From Longimicrobiales bacterium (GTDB lineage: Bacteria > Gemmatimonadota > Gemmatimonadetes > Longimicrobiales > Gaopeijiaceae), in assembly GCA_965218295.1 (NCBI GenBank), contig CBDCKN010000014.1, positions 1-64,000 on the forward strand: 64,000 nucleotides of DNA. The letters run 5' to 3'. Each line of letters opens with the position of its first letter. Positions within the stretch are counted from its first letter, which is position 1. Shown in pieces: positions 60,455-64,000 of the stretch. The notes under the pieces were generated by a model, which made no database searches, had not been told where the DNA came from, and saw only the letters and a program-made list of their open reading frames with translations. Both the position numbers and the translations under genes were made by a program.

Positions 60455-61400
60455 CCCGTCCGCTCTTCCACATGCGCCGGATCGGCTGGATCGTGTCCCG
60501 AGCGGTCACCAGTCAGAAGGCCGCCCGGGACCCGGTGGCCCAGGGCGCCCTGCAGAAGCTCCAGCAGGATCTCCTGGCGTGGGTGGACGAGTTCCCCCAC
60601 TCCTTCCGCCGGGGCGCCTCGCCGCTGGCCTTCGTCCCGAACCTGGAGGAGTTCCTGGCCGTGGCCATCGAGAACAACCGGTACGGCCCGTACTGGGTCC
60701 GGAAGGGAGGGCTCAACACGAAGGACTTCTGGGACTCCTACGCGGACGTCCCCGTGCTCTGGCAGGGCGGCTGGTACGACATCATGCCGAAGCAGATCAC
60801 GGAGCAGTACGTGCGTGCGGTGCGGAAGAACCGGAGCCCCCAGAAGCTCCTCATGGGGCCCTGGACCCACGGCGACCCCAGGTCGTACTCGGGGGACGCG
60901 GAATTCGGGTTGGAAGCGGCGGTGGACTTCGACATGATCGGGCTCCGCTGGTTCGACCAGTTCCTGAAGGGGGTGGACACGGGCTGCTGGAGGAGCCGCC
61001 CGTCCGCATCTTCGTCTTGGGGACCCTCGGCCATCGACACCGACGTCGCCGTGAAGGTCCTGGACGTCTATCCGCCGAGCCGGGACTGGCCGGAAGGCTT
61101 CGAGATGAACCTGAGCGATATCATCATGCGGGCCGCCTACCGGGAGCCGGAGCAGGACCCGGTGCCCCTGCGGGCCGGGTGTACGAGTTCACCCTCGAGA
61201 TCCCGCCGGTAAGCAACGTGTTCAAGGCCGGCCATCGGATTCGGGTGGACATCTCCAGCAGCAACTACCCCCGCTTCGACGTGAACCCCGGAACCATGGA
61301 TCATCCCTGGGAGCGGCGCAGGTACGTCACGGCGGAGAACCGGATCTACCACGACCGCGAACACCCGTCCCACATCGTCCTGCCCATCATCCCGCGCTGA
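60455..61400 (+). pseudogene. CocE/NonD hydrolase pseudogene
   Basis: GGWYD, MGPWTHG, RWFDQFLKG, DTDVAVK, GHRIRVDISSSNYPRFD across frameshifts; N-terminus and a middle block missing. Confidence 0.85.
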
Positions 61401-61649
61401 GCGAAGCGGGGTCCTGAGCAACCTCGACCCGCGCTCGCCGGACGCCGGACACGGGGCGGCGGAAAGCCCCCAAGGCGAGCCGGGCCGGCGGGGTGTCCCG
61501 CGGAGTTCGCCTCGGTCAGGGGAGAGAGGTCGGAGCTCTACCCACCCATGGAAGCGCCCGGAGGCGGAACGCGGCACGGACGCAAGGCGTTGCAGGAGCC
61601 GCCCGGGCGGCCGGTGCCTGCCCGCGAGACACCGAGGCCCTCCCCCTCC

Positions 61650-63027
61650 GAGGTTGGGTCAATAGGTGTGTAAACGTATTAGGCGGCGTTCTTCCGCTGT
61701 TGGTGTGAGACGGGCTTTCCGTCTTCGAACTTTCTTCCTTCAAATACGTCCTTGAGGAGGTGAGGAGCGTCGAGCCTTCGGAACCGCTTCTCAGCCACCA
61801 AGAGCAACTTCCAGATTAGCGCCGTAGCGCTCTCGACCCGCTTGAACCGCTTCGCTGCTGTCGTCCTGAGCCGTACCGCGGCGAACGGGCTCTCGACCAC
61901 GTTCGTCGTGCGTAGATGCTTCCAGTGGTCCTCGGGGAAGTCGTAGAACGCTACCATCCGCTCCCAGTCGTCCTCGAGTACGTCCACTGCTTTCGGATAC
62001 CACGGCCTATAGCGTCGGGCGAACACCTCGCGGGCCTTCAGGGCCTCGGCCCGGCTCGGTGCGTAGACCACGGCCCGGAGAAGATCCTTCGCCTCGCCCT
62101 GCTCCCGCTGAGGTAGTCGGTCCAGCACGTTCCTCATCTTGTGGTTCCAGCACCGTTGCTCACCCGCCTCAGGCCATACCTGCCGTACTGCGCCCCAGAT
62201 CGCAGCGTTACCGTCCGCCATCAGAAGCCGGGGCGCCTCGATGCCGCGTGCCTTCAGGTCCCGCAACACCTCGGACCAGGACTCGACCGACTCTCGGTAG
62301 CCCGCTCTCAGGGCCAACACCTCTTTCGTCCCGTCTCGCATGGCACCCAGCACCACCAGCAGCGCCGCTTTGTCCCGCTCCAGCCCTGCCTTCACATAGA
62401 TCCCGTCCGCCCACACGTAGACGACCTCACGACCCTCCAGGCGACGCTGGCTCCATTCCTCGAACTCCGCCGTCCATCCCGCCCGCAGCCGCCGAATCGA
62501 AGACTTCGACAGCGGTGCCCCCTCGCCCAGCAGGCCCCGCATCGCCAACTCGAAGTCTCCCTCCGCCAGTCCGTGCAGATACAGCTCCGGAAGCAGAGCG
62601 CCCAGCTCCTTCGTCCGCCTCGCGAACAACGGCAGCACGCGGCTCTCGAACCGCTCCTCAAGGCCTCGAACTCGAGGGCGTCGGAGTGTGATCGTGCCCG
62701 AGCTCATCGCCAGCCGCCTCGGCTTGCCGTATCCGTTGCGGTAGCCCTCGGTCGCGTCCACCACCCTCCTGCGCTCTGACTTCTCTCGCCCTAGCAACTC
62801 CGTGACTTCCTCCTCCAAGATCTGTTGAATGAACTCCTGCGCCTTCTCCCGAACCACTTCTTCCAGAACTTCCCACACGGGCGTCCTGGACTCACCCTCG
62901 GGTCCCACCGTATTCTTCCTCACGAGGCGTCGTTCCTTTCCCCCGGGCTGTCACCCGGAGTTCGCTGGTTATTACTCAGCGGAAAGGTACGTCGCCTCTC
63001 TTTTTACACACCCTTTGATCCTAGCTC
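61650..63027 (-). mobile_element. IS256-family element, copy 2
   Basis: Same IRs as copy 1; 8-bp TSD CCCCCTCC (61642-61649 / 63028-63035). Confidence 0.95.
61679..62923 (-). CDS. IS256 transposase (protein identical to copy 1)
   Basis: Identical 414-aa translation. Confidence 0.95.
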   Translation of the reverse strand: MRKNTVGPEGESRTPVWEVLEEVVREKAQEFIQQILEEEVTELLGREKSERRRVVDATEGYRNGYGKPRRLAMSSGTITLRRPRVRGLEERFESRVLPLFARRTKELGALLPELYLHGLAEGDFELAMRGLLGEGAPLSKSSIRRLRAGWTAEFEEWSQRRLEGREVVYVWADGIYVKAGLERDKAALLVVLGAMRDGTKEVLALRAGYRESVESWSEVLRDLKARGIEAPRLLMADGNAAIWGAVRQVWPEAGEQRCWNHKMRNVLDRLPQREQGEAKDLLRAVVYAPSRAEALKAREVFARRYRPWYPKAVDVLEDDWERMVAFYDFPEDHWKHLRTTNVVESPFAAVRLRTTAAKRFKRVESATALIWKLLLVAEKRFRRLDAPHLLKDVFEGRKFEDGKPVSHQQRKNAA

Positions 63028-63140
63028 CCCCCTCCCTTGCATCGCCGGCCACAGCCCCGCCCCCCTCACCGGACCCCCCGGCACCACCACCTCCCTCCCC
63101 GAGGGGTTCGAGTCCCGCCTGGGCAGTCCCTCGTCGGCCC

Positions 63141-64000
63141 CTACCGCCCGGATTCGCTCGCTCCGCGGGCCCTGGGGATGACCGGAAGGGTCAGCCGGGC
63201 GGGGCGTTCCCCGTCGTGGTAGATCGTGTTCGTGGCCACCACGCCCGGGACCTCCTCATAGAGCTCCCTGCCGGTGTTCTGGTTGGGGTACCACTTGGGA
63301 AAGCTGCTGCTCTGGATGGCGATCCGGATCCGGTGCCCCTCCTTGAACACGTTGGCGATGGGAAACATCTCGATCCTGAACCGGTGCGGCTGGCCCGGCG
63401 TCATGAGGACCGGCCTCTCGAACCCCTCCCTGAACTTTGCCCGGAGCAGGTTCTGTCTCAGGTGCTGTGAATAGCCGTCGGGGTGCACGTCGCTGAGGGT
63501 CACCACCCAGTCCGTGTCCACCGCCGACGACGAGGCGTAGAACTCGAGGACCGGCCATCCCGTCACCTCGAGGTCTTCTTCGAGGGGTGGGGTCGTGTAG
63601 GTGAGGCTGAGGCGGTCCACCGGGCGATGGTCTCGGGCCCCCATCGGCTCGACGTGCAGGTCGCCGCCGATGGCGGAAAGAGGCTTCATCGGGTTGTACT
63701 CGTAGGAGTCCGGCGGCTCGCCCGACGAGGGCGGCTCGCTCGAGAGAAGCCCGTCGTTCAGGGAGTTGATCGATCCGGAAGGACCGGACCGGAGGAAGTA
63801 GTCGGTGTAGACCGTGCGGGCGAGGGGGAATTCGTTCTCGTACCGCCAGGTGTTGGCGCCCATCACGAAGATCTTGATGGGCGGCTCCTCCCCGATGCCG
63901 TTCTCGATCCCCTTGACGTGATAGTCGAACCACCGCAGGCGCAGCGCGTTGTAGTCGATGCTGGCCTTGGGGCCGAAGTCGAGATCGCCGATGACCCGGT
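63141..64000 (-). CDS. CocE/NonD family hydrolase (5' part beyond window)
   Basis: RWFDYHVKG, IFVMGANTWR, SSAVDTDW, FKEGHRIRIAIQSSSFP, IYHDGERPARLTLP. Confidence 0.9.
   Translation of the reverse strand, partial: RVIGDLDFGPKASIDYNALRLRWFDYHVKGIENGIGEEPPIKIFVMGANTWRYENEFPLARTVYTDYFLRSGPSGSINSLNDGLLSSEPPSSGEPPDSYEYNPMKPLSAIGGDLHVEPMGARDHRPVDRLSLTYTTPPLEEDLEVTGWPVLEFYASSSAVDTDWVVTLSDVHPDGYSQHLRQNLLRAKFREGFERPVLMTPGQPHRFRIEMFPIANVFKEGHRIRIAIQSSSFPKWYPNQNTGRELYEEVPGVVATNTIYHDGERPARLTLPVIPRARGASESGR

Noticed and set aside
55720..63027. Composite transposon formed by the two IS256 copies
   Set aside because: Each copy has its own distinct 8-bp TSD; the outer flanks do not match
63101..63120. GGGGTTCGAGTCCC, resembling a tRNA T-arm or an att remnant
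   Set aside because: Too short; no acceptor stem match to either tRNA in the window

Overview
GC-rich bacterial sequence; gene content and order suggest Gemmatimonadota (inference). Bases 1-20.9 kb are intact core genes: mcsB-clpC-bamA-skp-lpxD-lpxC/fabZ-lpxA-Gfo/Idh/MocA-(unannotated 44-aa membrane ORF)-lpxB-DUF374-lpxK-rlmH-bshC-hyp-murJ-uvrC, a TPR protein and tRNA-Gly(CCC). From 21 kb on is an eroding accessory region. It holds a decaying leuABCD operon, IS91/IS3/ISL3 remnants, a TAXI binding protein and a DASS-PrpD-MaoC module. It also holds an operon of CoA transferases plus an ApgM/PhpG-like mutase fused in frame to an acyl-CoA dehydrogenase and a PhpF-like nucleotidyltransferase, five CocE/NonD hydrolase genes or fragments, and a SusC/SusD pair. 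A 2.3-kb integrase element sits in tRNA-Leu(CAA) and duplicates the tRNA's 5' half rather than its 3' end. At 54-59 kb are remnants of an apparent integron cassette array (two attC-like sites), hit by IS481 and by an IS3 that carries a nested IS256 and splits a tautomerase gene. Best candidates for new biology: the PhpF/PhpG-like module in an acyl-CoA context, the 5'-tRNA-duplicating mini-element, and the cassette-array relic. Family assignments rest on motif recognition only; no searches were run.
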